This document shows positions 62,130-64,000 of a stretch of DNA of 64,000 bases, piece by piece. The notes under the pieces were generated by a model, which saw only the letters and a program-made list of their open reading frames with translations, did not search any database and was not told the DNA's origin. A program made the position numbers and the translations under genes. Origin of the DNA: Paraspadella gotoi (Eukaryota > Animalia > Chaetognatha). Location of the stretch: the NCBI GenBank assembly GCA_051294375.1, contig CM119268.1:12655770-12719769 (forward strand). The letters are read 5' to 3'. Numbering within the stretch: the first letter of the stretch is position 1; each line of letters opens with the position of its first letter.

Positions 62130-63013
62130 ATGAACAACGCGATCGAAAATCGCCGTCAAAACAAAAGAGAAAGATTCCTGGGGCGGCCGCGAAAGGGTCA
62201 GACTAAAGCGGCGGCGGCTGCGGCGGACAATGAGCGAGTCGAAATGTCGTCTACGACTAACGACAACAGATTCGATTACGACGACGAAATTTGGTTTCAA
62301 ATCGAAAAGCGGGAGATGAGGTCTATGAGGGAATACGAAAAGCTCAAGCTCAAGGTGAGGCTAAGGAGAACGAGGGGTGAGGCTGAAGGAGAACGAGGGG
62401 TGAGGCTGAAGGAGAACGAGGGGTGAGGCTGAAGGAGAACTAAGGGTTAGTGAGGCCAAAGTATGACGAGTTTTGTAGAAGATTTTGATCTCAGGAGAGA
62501 AAAAAAAGCTGCTGGTTGAAGGATGAGGGAAGTTAAGATCGGGCAACTTACCCAGAGTTAAGAATTTGAGTTCTTTTAAAAGGCTGTGTAAAAAATAAGG
62601 TGAGGTCATGAAAATAAGGTAAGGTAACAAAAAAGGGTGAGGTAAAGGAATGTAAAACTGTGAAGCCGAGGAAAAAAAGAGAAATATTGAATGGGAACCA
62701 AAAAAAAGTTGCCTCGGGGAAAGTGGATAATAGAAACAAGAATGTACGGATTCTACGTACATGGTGAGGGGAAAAAGAGGAGAGATAATCTGTAATCTGA
62801 AAAAGAGAGTTGAGGATCGTTGACTGTTTTCCGATTTAAGGTAAAGAGAGAGGGGGGGTTGGAGGGAACGAAAAAAAGAACAATATCGGTCCATCCAATG
62901 TGTTGCGCCTCAGTGTCTTTCTTAGCTCGTATATTTATAACACGCACTGCATCGGAATTCTATCTTTTATTCTTTATTAGGATTTCCTGAAGGCGGCGCT
63001 CGCAGACACTTAG
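62130..63013 (+). CDS. Possible small two-exon ORF, or the first exon of a longer gene
   Basis: ACACAAATG start, then 75 GC-rich codons (MNNAIENRRQ...YEKLKLK) ending at AAG|GTGAGG (62354). An in-phase acceptor TTTATTAG|62981 gives DFLKAALADT*. No recognisable domain. Confidence 0.3.
62354..62445. repeat. 23-bp minisatellite, ~4 copies
   Basis: GGTGAGGCTGAAGGAGAACGAGG repeated in tandem. Confidence 0.85.
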
Positions 63014-64000
63014 ATTTGAGATTTTTTTCCTGTCTTAACAAATGAGCAACCAATTATAGGAGAGTGACGAGCATTTTTAACGTAAGTAGGACAGACGGAC
63101 AGACCTGCCGCCCGACCGACTGAACGACAGACCGACCAAAAAATAACTTTCAGAGTTCTTCCGCGAGTACTCGCGGCGCCACTAAAAAATAGGATAAGGA
63201 TGAAAAAAAAAAGAGAGGTGTCAGGGTGTTCGAGGAGAGGCGACTTTTCGAGAACCTTGACAGGAAGTCATCCAGAGTCAAGAGTTGAGGACAACCAGGT
63301 CGCTTCGTCCCCCCCCCAGGCAGGTTCAAGATATGGGGCAGACTCGATTTTCGAAGTCGAGGAGGGGGGGGAAATGAGGAGAGAGAAAAAAAATAAAGAA
63401 GAGAAAAAAAGGGAAAAAAAAAAATTCGTTTCTCTTCTCCGTCGGAACCGGAATGGAAGACTCTGTGAGGGGGGGGCGCGAGGGTGTGTTGAGGGGGGGT
63501 AACCGGATGGCAGTGGGAGGGAGAAGGTGTGGGGGCGGAATCTGGGGAGGAGAAGCGGGAGACCACAACGACAAAGAAACTCCAATTACGTTTGTGTAAT
63601 GAAGTGAGAGAGAGAGAGAGAAAGAGCGGGAGAGAGAGAGAGAGAGAGAAAACCATTTTTGTTTATTGGCTTTTGTTTTTTTGAAAAGGGGTCTTCTAAT
63701 ATTAGAAAGACGAAATTGAAAATAGGAGGGAAAAGCTGGTGAGAGAGAGACAAAAAGAGAGTGAGAAAAAAAGAAAAAGAAAGAAAGGAAGAAAGAGGAA
63801 ATAAAAGAATGAAGGAAAAAAAGAATGAGGAAATAAAAGAATGAGGAAATGAAATATACCGAAATACTAGTATATCTGATCTATTTTTTCCCAATATTAA
63901 ATTAAATTTAAAAAGCCCTACAAGATAGATTTATATTTTTTTAAAATTGAATGACGGTCTCTCGAAAAGATTTCGATTCAAACTGACAAGAAGAGCAGCT

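Overview
Eukaryotic genomic DNA, most likely from an invertebrate animal: AT-rich introns full of (AG)n, (TTTC)n and (TTTG)n microsatellites, with GC-rich exons. Genes assembled by hand from splice sites and reading phase are: part of an MPN/Abraxas-like gene (-, left edge); a 109-aa orphan membrane protein (+); two divergent, convergently transcribed tetraspanins (9 exons +, 4 exons -); and an 11-exon NRF-6/acyltransferase-3 gene (+). Mobile DNA comprises a full-length Ty3/Gypsy element of CsRN1 type (1521-7389, -), a Tc1/mariner-type MITE, DINE-1/Helentron-like elements and a Penelope-like inverted repeat with a minimal hammerhead core. The most notable signal is a family of tiny non-coding LTR retrotransposons (TRIMs). 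One complete 729-bp copy (55246-55974) and three solo LTRs represent three subfamilies, all with 4-bp TSDs. Their LTRs carry a tRNA-like Pol III promoter, hairpins conserved through compensatory changes, and non-canonical TG...TA/GA ends. The region from ~39 to 64 kb has no confidently identifiable protein gene. All family assignments come from motif recognition, not database searches.
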